This document shows, piece after piece, positions 31,378-41,461 of a DNA stretch of 64,000 nt. Position 1 is the stretch's first letter, and each line of letters opens with the position of its first letter. Under the pieces are notes generated by a model, which was not told the origin of the DNA, made no database searches, and saw nothing but the letters and a program-made list of their open reading frames with translations. The position numbers were made by a program, and so were the translations under genes. Source of the stretch: an uncultured Candidatus Rokubacteria bacterium (GTDB taxonomy: Bacteria > Methylomirabilota > Methylomirabilia > Rokubacteriales > CSP1-6); contig CAVVEU010000004.1 of the NCBI GenBank assembly GCA_963747235.1, positions 163,317 to 227,316 on the forward strand, in the 5' to 3' direction.

Positions 31378-32287
31378 CTAGCGCGTGAGGCCGAGCTCGG
31401 CGAGGTAGCGGCGCACGCCGGGGTGCAGCAGCTCCGGCCGCGCGACCGCGGCCACCGTGTTGGCGGCGGTGGTCTCGCGCCCCTGCGCCAGCCGCGCCGC
31501 GAGCGCGGCCTCGCCGCGGTGCAGCGCGCGCGCCAGGCGATAGGCCACCTCGTCGGCCAGCGAGGGCCGCGCCATGATGAAGCTCCACGAGCCCACCGAG
31601 ACCAGGTCCGCGGTCTGTCCCGGGTAGGAGCCGGCGGGCACGCGCATGAGCTGGAGGAACGCGTGCTTGGTCTGGATGCGGTGGATGCCGTCGAGATCGG
31701 GCACCAGGAAGCGCGCGCCGGCGGGCCCGCGGGCCACCGCGGTGAAGCCGGGCCAGCCGAGCCCGCCGCCCCACAGCGCGGCCACCGTGCCGTCCATCAC
31801 CATCCGGGGGCCGTCGCCGGCCGCGTCCAGGAAGACGGCCTGGAAGTCGCGATCGCGATCGAAGCCCAGCCCGTCGAGCACGTAGCGCGCGAGGACGATC
31901 AGGCCCGACCCGCGCGCGCCGAAGGCCACCGGCTTGCCCTTCAGATCGGCGATGGCGCGATAGGGCGAGTCGGCGCGCACCACGAACATGCCGGGCGTGG
32001 AGAACATCGCGGCGAGCACGCGCAGGTCGGCGGGCGCGCGGCCGATGCCGGCGAGCGCCTCGTACGCGACCTCGCCCTGCACCAGCCCGAGATCGAGCGC
32101 GCCCGCCTCGAGCAGCGGCACGTTCTCGGTGCTGCCCTTGGTGTTGCGGGGCCGCACGTCGAGGGTGGGATCCACCTCGTTGATGACGGCGGCGACCGCC
32201 TCGGCCGTAGACCGGGAATCCACCACCCGGCGTGGCGGTGCCGAGGCTCACCGTCGTCCGGCCCGCGGCGGTAGTCGTCTCGCTCAC
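31378..32287 (-). CDS. TAXI-family TRAP solute-binding protein, apparent frameshift ~32210
   Basis: LGTATPGGGFPVYG, TKGSTENV, DLKGKPV..GARGSG and LHPGVRRY. Confidence 0.85.
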
Positions 32288-32320
32288 GGCGCGTACCCTA
32301 CCACGCCCCGGGGTGGGTCA

Positions 32321-32360
32321 TTGACACGATCGAGGGCGTAGGCTAGTGTGACCGGTCACA
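32321..32360 (+). promoter_or_regulatory. sigma70-type promoter with overlapping LacI-type operator
   Basis: TTGACA-N17-TAGTGT overlapped by the perfect palindrome TGTGACCGGTCACA (32347-32360). Confidence 0.75.
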
Positions 32361-32361
32361 A

Positions 32362-33080
32362 ATGGCGCTGCCACCGCGACGCAGCGAGCGACGATCCGGG
32401 ACGTCGGCCGTGTCGCGCGCGTCTCCCACCAGACGGTCTCCGCGTGATCAACGGCGACCACCTACGCGCCGGACGCGGGCCAAGGTGGATCGCGCGATCG
32501 CCGCCCTCGGCTTTCGGCGAGCACATCGCGCGCACCTGGTCAGCCGGAGCACGAAGACGATCGGCCTCGTGATGGGCGACGTGCCAGCCCGTTCTTCCCC
32601 GACGTGGTGCGCGGCGCGGACGTGCTCTCGGACGCGGGCTACTGCCTGATCCTCTCCAACGCCGCGATCCCCAGCGCGAGCTGCGCAATGTCCGGCACCT
32701 GCTGGAGCGGGCAGACGCGCCTCATCCTGGCGGCCCGCAGAGCGCGCCGGACGGCTCCGCGAGCTGGCCGAGCGGGTACTTCACCGCGTCGATCGAGGGC
32801 GCCCACGAGGCGGGCCTGGTCGGCCGGGCCGCGACGCCGAGTTCGTGAACCGCGGCGACGGAGCGACCGGTGCCTTCCCGGGCGCGCGGGGTAGCCGGTC
32901 GGTGGCTGGGCGGTCCCGCACCTCCAGCCTCATGCACCCAGGCGGCTGCCTCAGCTTGACGACGCGGCGCTGCGCCTGAACGGGCCTCGATGCTGATCGC
33001 GGGCCTCGCCGCCGGCCGCGGCCGGGTCCCACGGGCCGATCCACGAGGTCGTGCTCGCCACGGGAACGCGAGTCCATCGA
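32362..33080 (+). pseudogene. LacI-family transcriptional regulator, heavily deleted (likely sequencing artefact)
   Basis: Fragments in shifting frames: HTH-like ...QTVS.VING, RSTKTIGLVMGD, PFFPDVVRG, DAGYCLILSN and IHEVVL. End coordinate approximate. Confidence 0.65.
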
Positions 33081-35021
33081 CTTCGACAGGCAGACCGGCT
33101 GCGCCGATCGGCCTCCTGGCGCGATCCCCGCGTCCTGGCCTGCCGCACGCAGGCACCGCGCATGATCGGCAGCTGGAGCGGAGCTCGCCGCGGCGTGCCA
33201 GCAGGGCTGCACGGCAGCGCCGAGCCGCTGAGCGAACGGCCGGGAAGACTTCCGCTAGCGGCGGTCGCGCTGGTGATCCGCGACATCGAGTACGGCGGCT
33301 CGCGCACCGGACCCTTCGACACCTCCAACGGCCACCGCGCCGCCCAGAACGACAAGCTCCTCTACTTCGACTACACCGGCACCAAGATCGTCCCGAACAT
33401 CGCCCGCGCCTGGGACGTCAGTCCGGACGGCCGGGTCACCACGATCTCCCTGCGGCGGGGCATGCGCTGGAGCGACGGCCAGCCGTTCACCGCCGACGAC
33501 TTCGTCTTCTGGTTCGAGGAGGTCTACCAGAACAAGGAGCTCGTGCCCACCCCGCTGCCGGTGATGACGATCAACGGCAAGCCGATCGCGGTCAAGAAGA
33601 TCGACGCGGCCACCGTCCAGTTCGTCGCGCCCGATCCGTACTTCGCGCTGCCCACGGTGCTGGCCTCGGTGTGGGGCATCGGGCACCACGCGCGCTACGG
33701 CCGCGACGCCCTCGGCGGCTTCGCGCCCGCCCACTACCTGAAGCAGTTCCATCCCAAGTGGAGCTCGAAGGACGAGGTCACCCGGAAGGCGGCCGACCTG
33801 AAGTTCGACAGCTGGGTGGCGCTGTTCAAGAACCGCAACGACGCCTGCCGCAATCCGGACCTGCCGGTGGTGACGCCCTGGAAGACGGTCTCGCCGATCA
33901 ACACGCCCACCTGGGTCCTCGAGCGGAATCCCTACAGCGTCTGGGTGGACAGCGCCGGCAATCAGCTCCCGTACATCGACAAGATCCGGATGACGCTCGG
34001 CGAGAGCCTCGAGCTCATCAATCTGAGGGCCATCGCGGGGGAGTACGACTCGCAGGCGCGGCACATCGACATCAGCAAGCTGCCGGTGCTCCTCGAGAAC
34101 CAGAAGAAGGGCAACTATCGCGTCTACCTCGACCCGTCCACCCAGGGAGCGGACGTGGGGCTCTTCTGCAACCAGAGCTTCGACAAGGATCCGGAGATCG
34201 CGAAGTGGCTCGGCACCCGCGAGTTCCGGATCGCGCTCTCCCACGGCATCGACCGCCAGCAGGTCAACGAGACCTTCGTGCTGGGGCTCGGGCAGACCGG
34301 CTCGGCGGCGCCCGGCGAGCGCACGCTCTACTTCCCGGGACCGGAGTACAAGACGCTGCACTGCGCCCACGACGTGAAGAAGGCCAACGCGATGCTCGAC
34401 AAGCTCGGGCTGACCAAGAAGGACAGCGAGGGGTATCGCCTGCGCGCCGACGGCGGCGGTCGCCTCCGGCTCTCCCTGACCACGTATCTCGGGTTCCTGC
34501 CCTTCACCCAGGTGGCGGAGATGGTCGTCCAGCAGTGGAAGCGGATCGGGATCCGGGGCGAGGTCCAGGAGCTGGAGCGCGGCCTCGCGACCGCCCGGCT
34601 GCGGGCCAACGAGCACCAGATCTACTTCGAGACGCAGTGGGGCGCCGACAACATGTTCGGCCACTCGCCGTTCTTCTTCCCGATCGACGGCGGCACCCCG
34701 GTCGGCCCCCAGTACGGGGTCTGGTACGCCAGCGCGGGGACCCAGGGCAAGGAGCCGCCGCCGCGCATGCGCGAGCTGATGGAGAAGTACCGCAAGGCCT
34801 TCGGGGTGCCGGACGCGGAGCGGACGCGCCTGGCCAAGGAGGTGTGGAAGATCGCGCTGGACGAGATGTGGGTGATCCCGGTCGTCTCGAACTCGCCCGC
34901 GTCTCAGGGCGTGCGGGTGATCAAGAACAACGTCGGCAATGTCCCGGAGCGGCTCTGGAACAGCGCGGTGAGCGACAACCCGCACATCGCCCACACCGAG
35001 ACCTGGTACTTCAAGAGCTAG
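33051..35021 (+). CDS. ABC transporter substrate-binding protein, family 5 (5' end corrupted)
   Basis: PNIARAWDVSPDG, LRRGMRWSDGQPFTADDF, ERNPY..VDSAGNQLPYID and FRIALSHGIDR. Reliable from about 33345. Confidence 0.88.
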   Translation: MLATGTRVHRLRQADRLRRSASWRDPRVLACRTQAPRMIGSWSGARRGVPAGLHGSAEPLSERPGRLPLAAVALVIRDIEYGGSRTGPFDTSNGHRAAQNDKLLYFDYTGTKIVPNIARAWDVSPDGRVTTISLRRGMRWSDGQPFTADDFVFWFEEVYQNKELVPTPLPVMTINGKPIAVKKIDAATVQFVAPDPYFALPTVLASVWGIGHHARYGRDALGGFAPAHYLKQFHPKWSSKDEVTRKAADLKFDSWVALFKNRNDACRNPDLPVVTPWKTVSPINTPTWVLERNPYSVWVDSAGNQLPYIDKIRMTLGESLELINLRAIAGEYDSQARHIDISKLPVLLENQKKGNYRVYLDPSTQGADVGLFCNQSFDKDPEIAKWLGTREFRIALSHGIDRQQVNETFVLGLGQTGSAAPGERTLYFPGPEYKTLHCAHDVKKANAMLDKLGLTKKDSEGYRLRADGGGRLRLSLTTYLGFLPFTQVAEMVVQQWKRIGIRGEVQELERGLATARLRANEHQIYFETQWGADNMFGHSPFFFPIDGGTPVGPQYGVWYASAGTQGKEPPPRMRELMEKYRKAFGVPDAERTRLAKEVWKIALDEMWVIPVVSNSPASQGVRVIKNNVGNVPERLWNSAVSDNPHIAHTETWYFKS

Positions 35022-37379
35022 CCGCGATCTCCACCGTCGCGGCGGGCTGGGCGGGCAGGCGGATGACGGTGAAGCCGTCGCCGTCCACCCACCAGCCCGC
35101 CGCGCCGTCGACGGGGCCGGCCACGCGGGGGAGCGCGCCGTGGCCGCTCACGCTCACCGCGGTCGGCCGCTCGATCCGGATCCGGATCAGGTAGCGCCGG
35201 CCGGCCGGGATCACCGACCGATCGCCCACGGGCTCGCCGATGCGCACCGTGACCCCCGCGGGCCCGGCGACGCATTCCATCGGCGTCAGCGCATGGTGGC
35301 CATCGCGGTAGGCGTTGGAGCGTCCGTCGTCCTCGTACATCTCGAAGCGGGACGTCCCCGAGCCGCTACGCGCATTAACAGGTGATGGATGGATCAGCAG
35401 GGTGATCTCCGCCTGCGGTAGGCCGGTGTGCTGGATGACCGGGCCCATCGGAACGATCGCGCCGGCCCGGACGAGCAGCGGCAGCCGGTCGAGCGGGGCC
35501 TCGAGCGTGACGCCGCCCGGGCCTTCGTGGCGCGCGCCCGTCCAGAAGTCGTACCAGGCGCCCGCGGGCAGGTAGACCGGCCACGCCGTCGCGCCCTCGC
35601 GGGTCACCGGGGCGACCAGCAGATCGTCGCCCCAGAGGAACTCGCTGCCGAGCTGCCAGACGCGAGGATCGTCGGGATAGTTGAGGACCAGGGGGCGCAT
35701 CAGGGGCAGGCCGAGGGTGCGCGCCTGCCACGCGAGCGTGTACGTGTACGGCAGGAGCCGGTAGCGGAGCTCGGCGTAGCGGCGGCAGATCGCCTCGACC
35801 TCGGGCCCGTGCGCCCACGGCACGTGCTCCCGCCAGACCCAGCCGTGCGAGCGGAACACCGGGCAGAACGCGCCGAGCTGGAACCATCGGGCGTAGAGCT
35901 CGCCGGTCTCGGGGACGGGATGAAAGAACCCGCCCACGTCGGTGCCCCAGTACGGCACGCCGGACAGCCCGGTGTTCAGCCCCAGCGGGATCTGCGCTTC
36001 CAGCGTCGCGAAGTCGTTGTTGATGTCGCCGGACCAGCACGCCGCCCCGAGCCGTTGCATCCCGGCGGCGCCGGACCGGCAGAGCATGAACACGCGCCGG
36101 TCGGGCCGGTCGGCCGCTTCGCCCTCGGCGAAGGCCTGCTGGCGGAGCCGATCGTAGAAGTTGTGCAGGAGCGTCCCGTCCCCCGCGTGGAGCCGCGCGC
36201 GCGCCGGCGGCCCCTCGCCTCCGTCCAGCCACCAGCCGGCCACGCCGAGCTCGCGCAGCGTGCGATGGGCCTCCCACCACCACGCGCGGGTGGCCGGGTT
36301 GGAGAAGTCGATGTAGCGCTGCCCGTCGCGATAGGCCGCGGGCGGGCGGCCGGTCACGGCGGCCCGCTCGTAGCCCTCCGGCAGCAGGTGGCCCTTCGCC
36401 TCGGCGTCCGCGAAGAGCGGCGACTTCTCGTGGAGCACCGGGTACTCGTGGGTGATCACCTCGAAGTGCTGTCGCTTCGCGTCGTCGAGGAGGGCGGCCG
36501 GGTCCGGCCAGAGCTCGGGCTGGAACTCGAGGTGCCCCACGCCGCGATTCCAGCCGAGCGCCTCGCCGTAGCTCGAGAGATACACGAGCCCGTCGCACGG
36601 GATGCGCTTCTCGCGGATCGTCCGCGGCAGCGCGCGCAGCTCGGCGGTGTCATCGAAGTGACGGGTGGACTGCAAGAACCCGAGCGCCCAGCGCGGCGGG
36701 AGCGACGGGCGGCCGAGCAGCTCGGCGACGGCCCCCATGACGCCGCGCAGATCGGGGCCCATCAGGAAGTACCAGGTCAACCGTCCCGCCTCGGCGGTGT
36801 AGACGATGCGGACGCCGTTGTCCGAGCGGCCCACCGAGACCACCGCGTCGGCCGTGTTGTCGAAGAACAGGCCGTAGCCGCGATTGGACAGGAGCAGCGG
36901 CAGGCCCATGTCCGACCCGGGCCCGTGGCCGATCTGCGTGTTCCAGATCTGGCGCGCGGTGCCGAGGCGGTCGAGCTGCAGGCCGCCCTGGCCCAGGCCG
37001 TAGAAGTGCTGCTCGCCCGCGAACGCGAAGGAGGCGCGGACCCGTCGCGAGGCGCCGTCGCGGTCGCGCTCCGCCGACATCCCGCCGTCCACCGGCTCGT
37101 GCAGCAGCCGGCCGCCGGCGGGGTCGAGAAACGAGAGGCGGACCGGGTCGGTCGCGACGTCGATCTGGAGCGTCGGCGGTCGCGAGCCGGAGCGGCTCGC
37201 CGGCGACGATCTCGAAGGGGGCGCCGGCCCACGCGCGAGATTCCACGATGGGACGGTCCGGCGGCCTGGCCCAGGACGTCCAGGTCGACGCGGATGATGC
37301 GCGCGCTGCAGATGGACACCGCGGTCTTCGAGCCGCCGTTCCCGAACCGCACGGTCGATCCGTCGCGCTCGAAAGCCAA
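35011..37379 (-). CDS. glycoside hydrolase family 31, with frameshifts near the 5' end (~37160-37250)
   Basis: FYGLG, PPRWALG, nucleophile motif WWLDGGE, acid/base motif WSGD, GTDVGGF, ELYARWFQ and LLVAPV. TTG start with SD GAGGAG. Confidence 0.9.
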
Positions 37380-37402
37380 GTCGCTCTCCTCGCCCCAGGG
37401 TT

Positions 37403-37421
37403 TGTGACCGGTCACATCCTA
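37403..37421 (-). promoter_or_regulatory. LacI-type operator adjacent to an extended -10 box
   Basis: The minus strand reads TGG-TAGGAT-GTGACCGGTCACAAA. The palindrome at 37403-37416 is identical to 32347-32360. Confidence 0.75.
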
Positions 37422-37482
37422 CCATCCTGTCGTCCGGAGGGGTCCTGCGCAGATCGAGAGTCTGTGGCAGACTGGGCCCCTC

Positions 37483-37974
37483 ATGGAGCTGGCCAAGGAC
37501 GCGTATCGCCACATTCTCGGAGGCTCGGTGGTCTTCGAGCACCTCCCGCCCGCCGCGCTCGATCACATCATCGCGCGCGGGCTGCTGATCGAGGTGTCGT
37601 CCGGCGAGACGGTGCTCACCGAGGGCACCCGCGGCCCCGGCCTCTACGTGGTGCTCGAAGGCCTCGTGGAGATCTTCCTGCCCGACGGCGCCAGCGGCCG
37701 CACCCGGCGCCCCACCGAGGTGCACCTGAACACGATGGGCCCCGGCCGGTGCCTCGGCGAGTACTCGCTGATCGACGAGCACTCCACCTCGGCGGCGGCG
37801 CGCTCCATGGCGGGGGCCAAGCTCTTCTTCCTCTCGCGCGAGGAGTTCCGCAGCATCGCGGAAGGCGACGCGCGGGTGGGCAAGGTGATCTACCTGAACC
37901 TGCTCCGCTTCCTGATCACGCGGCTGCGCGCCAAGGACGAGGAGCTGGATCTGTTCATGATGGGCTCGCTCTGA
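37483..37974 (+). CDS. stand-alone cyclic nucleotide-binding domain protein
   Basis: GETVLTEG, LYVVLEG and GPGRCLGEYSL; no C-terminal HTH. Confidence 0.82.
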   Translation: MELAKDAYRHILGGSVVFEHLPPAALDHIIARGLLIEVSSGETVLTEGTRGPGLYVVLEGLVEIFLPDGASGRTRRPTEVHLNTMGPGRCLGEYSLIDEHSTSAAARSMAGAKLFFLSREEFRSIAEGDARVGKVIYLNLLRFLITRLRAKDEELDLFMMGSL

Positions 37975-39260
37975 TGAGCCCGCACGACCTCACCGTGAAG
38001 CTCTTCCTGCAGCTCGCGGTGATCCTGGCCGCCTGCCGCGCCTGCGGCTTCATCGGGCGCCGCTTCTTCGGCCAGACCCAGGTGGTGAGCGAGATGGTGG
38101 CGGGCGTGCTGCTCGGGCCGTCGCTGCTCGGGCTGCTCGTGCCCGAGGCGCAGGCCTGGCTCTTCCCGAAGACGCTGCCCGCGGGCGGCCCGCACCCGTC
38201 CATGCTCATCCTGTACGCGCTCAGCCAGCTCGGGCTCGTGCTCTACATGTTCATCGTCGGCATGGAGTTCAACCACCGGCTGCTCCTGGGCCGCGTGCGC
38301 CACGCCTCTCTCGTCTCGGGCGCGGGGATCGCGGCGCCGCTGGCGCTCGGCGCCGTCGCCGCCCTCACGCTCCGCGGCGACGCCGATCTGTTCGCGCCCC
38401 ACGTGACGCCCGGCGCGGCCGCGCTGTACCTCGGCGCGGCCATGTCCATCACCGCGTTCCCGACGCTCGCGCGCATCCTGCACGAGAAGGGCATCACGCG
38501 GACCCGCCTGGGCACGCTGGCGCTCGCGGCCGGCTCGAGCGGCGACGCGGCGGCCTGGTGTCTCCTCGCGCTGGTGCTGTCCTATCTCGAAGGCTCGTGG
38601 CTGATCGCGATGCTCGCCATCGGTGGCGGCGGGCTGTACGTCCTGGCCATGCTGCTGCTCGGGCGGCCGCTCCTGCGCGTTCTGGACCGGGGTGTGGACG
38701 AGCAGGGCCGGATCGCGCCCGGGACCCTGGTGGCCGCCCTGCTCGTGCTCATGCTGGGCGCGTTCGTCACCGACGTGGTGGGAATCTACGCGGTCTTCGG
38801 CGCCTTCATCGCGGGCGTCGCGATGCCGCGCGGCCGCTTCGCGGACGCGGCGATCGGGCATCTGGAGCCGCTCACCACGACGTTCCTGCTGCCGGTCTTC
38901 TTCGTGTACTCGGGGCTCAACACCCAGATCGGCCTGCTCGCCTCGCCCGCGGTCTGGCGCGTGGCGGTCATCCTGGTCGCGGTCGCGATCGTGGGCAAGG
39001 GCGTGGCGTGCCTGCTCGCCGCGCGGGTCGCGGGCGAGGCCTGGCGCGAGTCGGTCGCGATCGGCGTGCTGATGAACGCGCGGGGGCTCATGGAGCTGAT
39101 CATCCTCAACATCGGGCTGCAGCACGGGATCATCACCCCCACGCTCTTCACCATCATGGTGCTGATGGCGGTGGTCACCACGCTCATGACCTCGCCGCTG
39201 TTCGACCTGGTGTACGGGCGGCGCGGGGCGATGGCGGCCCAGCAGGAGCAGACCGCGTGA
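37974..39260 (+). CDS. cation:proton antiporter (CPA2; CHX/KHA1-like)
   Basis: EMVAGVLLGPS, SITAFPTLARIL and LMNARGLMELIILNIG. TGATG overlap with the cNMP gene. Confidence 0.9.
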   Translation: MSPHDLTVKLFLQLAVILAACRACGFIGRRFFGQTQVVSEMVAGVLLGPSLLGLLVPEAQAWLFPKTLPAGGPHPSMLILYALSQLGLVLYMFIVGMEFNHRLLLGRVRHASLVSGAGIAAPLALGAVAALTLRGDADLFAPHVTPGAAALYLGAAMSITAFPTLARILHEKGITRTRLGTLALAAGSSGDAAAWCLLALVLSYLEGSWLIAMLAIGGGGLYVLAMLLLGRPLLRVLDRGVDEQGRIAPGTLVAALLVLMLGAFVTDVVGIYAVFGAFIAGVAMPRGRFADAAIGHLEPLTTTFLLPVFFVYSGLNTQIGLLASPAVWRVAVILVAVAIVGKGVACLLAARVAGEAWRESVAIGVLMNARGLMELIILNIGLQHGIITPTLFTIMVLMAVVTTLMTSPLFDLVYGRRGAMAAQQEQTA

Positions 39261-39980
39261 GTCCCCGGCGTCGCCGCTTCCTGGCCGCGCTCGTGCTCGT
39301 GGTGGTGGCCCTTGCCGCCGCGGCGTGCGCGCCGATGGGGCATGGCGGCCATCACGGTCGCACCTCGACGGTGACGGTGGCCGGAACCGGCACGGTGTCG
39401 GCCGCGCCCGACATGGCCGAGATCACCACCGGCGTGGTGACGCAGGCGCCCACCGCCGCGCAGGCGCTCGCGGCCAACAGCCAGGCGATGGAGCGGCTGC
39501 TCCAGGCCCTCGGCACCCTGGGCGTCGCCGCGCGCGACATCCAGACCACGAACATCAGCGTGTCGCCGCTCCGCCGCCAGGGCCGCGACGGCCAGCCGCC
39601 CGAGATCACCGGCTACGAGGTGACCAACCAGGTGCGGGTGAAGGTCCGTGACCTCTCGCGCCTGGGCCGCGTGCTCGACCAGCAGGTGGGACAGGGCGCC
39701 AATCTCGTCCACGGCATCCAGTTCGGGCGGCAGGAGCCCGCGCCGCTGCAGGACGAGGCGCGCAAGCGCGCGATGGCCGACGCCCGGCGCAAGGCCGAGC
39801 TCTACGCGGGCGCCGCGTCGCTCAAGGTCGGCCGCGTGGTGGCGGTGCAGGAAGCGGGCGCCGCGTCGCCGCGCCCGGAGATGGCGCACGCGGGTGATGA
39901 TGTCCGCCGCGGTGCCGGTGGCGCCCGGCGAGCAGGAGATCCAGGCCTCCGTGACCGTGACGTTCACCCTCGAGCCCTGA
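39257..39980 (+). CDS. SIMPL domain (YggE/DUF541) periplasmic protein, apparent frameshift ~39888
   Basis: VTVAGTGTVSAAPD, GYEVTNQV, ADARRKAE and PGEQEIQASVTVTF. Confidence 0.85.
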
Positions 39981-39987
39981 GGCGACC

Positions 39988-41440
39988 ATGATCGCTCCCC
40001 ACTTCCGCAGCGCCAAGCAGCTCGCGTCCGACATCCGCCGCCGCAGGATCGGCTGTCTCGAGGCGCTCGATCTGTTCCTCGCGCGCGTGGACCGGTTCAA
40101 TCCGCAGCTCAACGCCATCGTGGCCAGCGACGCGGAGGCGGCCCGCCGTCGGGCGCGCCAGGCCGACGCCGCGCTCCGCAAGGGGAAGGTCTGGGGCCCG
40201 CTCCACGGCGTGCCGATGACCGTGAAGGAGTCCTACGACGTCGTGGGCATGCCGACCACCTGGGGGCTCAGCGAGCTGAAGGACAACGTGCCCTCGCGCC
40301 ACGCCCTGGCGGTGGATCGGCTGCTCGGCGCGGGCGTGGTGCTCTTCGGCAAGACGAACGTGCCGTCGTGGCTGGCCGACTGGCAGTCCTTCAATCCGGT
40401 CTACGGCACCACCAACAATCCCTGGGATCTCTCCCGCACGCCGGGCGGCTCCTCGGGCGGCTCGGCCGCCGCGCTCGCCGCCGGCCTCACCGGCTTCGAG
40501 GCGGGCAGCGACATCGGCGCGTCCATCCGGAATCCCGCGCACTACTGCGGCGTCTACGGCCACAAGCCCACCTACGGGATCGTGCCGCCCCGCGGCCAGG
40601 CCCTGCCCGGCCGGGTGGCGCAGGGCGACATCTCGGTGATCGGGCCGATGGGCCGGAGCGCGGACGACCTGGCGCTCGGCCTCTCGGTGATGGCGGGCGC
40701 CGACGAGATCGACGGCGCGGGCTGGCGGCTCGAGCTGCCCGCGCCGCGCCAGAAGAAGCTGCGCGACTTCAAGGTGGCGGTGATGCTGACCGATCCGGTC
40801 TCCGAGGTGGACGACGAGGTCCAGGCGCGCGTGCAGGCGGTCGCCGACTTCCTCGCGAAGCAGAAGGCCAAGGTGAGCGACACCGCGCGACCCGCCATCG
40901 ACACCGCGGAGGCCCAGCGCGTCTACGTCTTCCTGCTGCGCGCGGCCACCGCGGGCCGGCAGACGCCCGAGCAGTTCGCGCGGAACGCGGAGGTCGCGCG
41001 CGGGCTCCGGCCGGACGACGAGAGCTACTACGCGCGGATGACGCGGGCGAACGTGGCCTCGCACCGCGACTGGCTGAGCCGCCAACGAGGCGCGGCACCA
41101 GATGCGCTGGCGCTGGGCCGAGTTCTTCCGCGACTACGATCTGCTGCTGTGCCCGGCCGCGGCGAGCGTGGCCTTCCCGCACGATCAGGAAGGCGAGCGC
41201 CACGAGCGGACCATCCCCGTCAACGGCCGCCGCGTGCCCACCACCGACCAGCTCTTCTGGGCCGGTTATCCGGGCATGGCCTTCCTGCCCTCCACGGTGG
41301 CGCCCGCCGGGTTCTCGCGCGCGGGCCTGCCCATCGGGGTGCAGATCGTCGGCCCGCAGTACGGTGACCGCACGTGCATCGAGCTGGCCCGCCTGCTCGA
41401 GCGCGAGTTCCAGGGCTTCGTTCCCCCGCCGGGCTACTAG
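39988..41440 (+). CDS. amidase (amidase-signature family), apparent frameshift ~41079
   Basis: PLHGVPMTVKE, GGSSGGSAAA, GSDIGASIRNPA and GLPIGVQ. Confidence 0.92.
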
Positions 41441-41461
41441 CCGGCTACCGAGGAGAATCCA

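Noticed and set aside
28927-32274. 1115-aa MFS/oxidoreductase fusion
   Set aside because: Caused by a frameshift near 29488 plus a missing stop at the repeat. The Gfo gene has its own SD and ATG at 30160.
35011-37379. GH31 as a sulfoquinovosidase
   Set aside because: The nucleophile context WWLDGGEG differs from the WMADFGEY type, and no sulfoglycolysis genes are recognisable.
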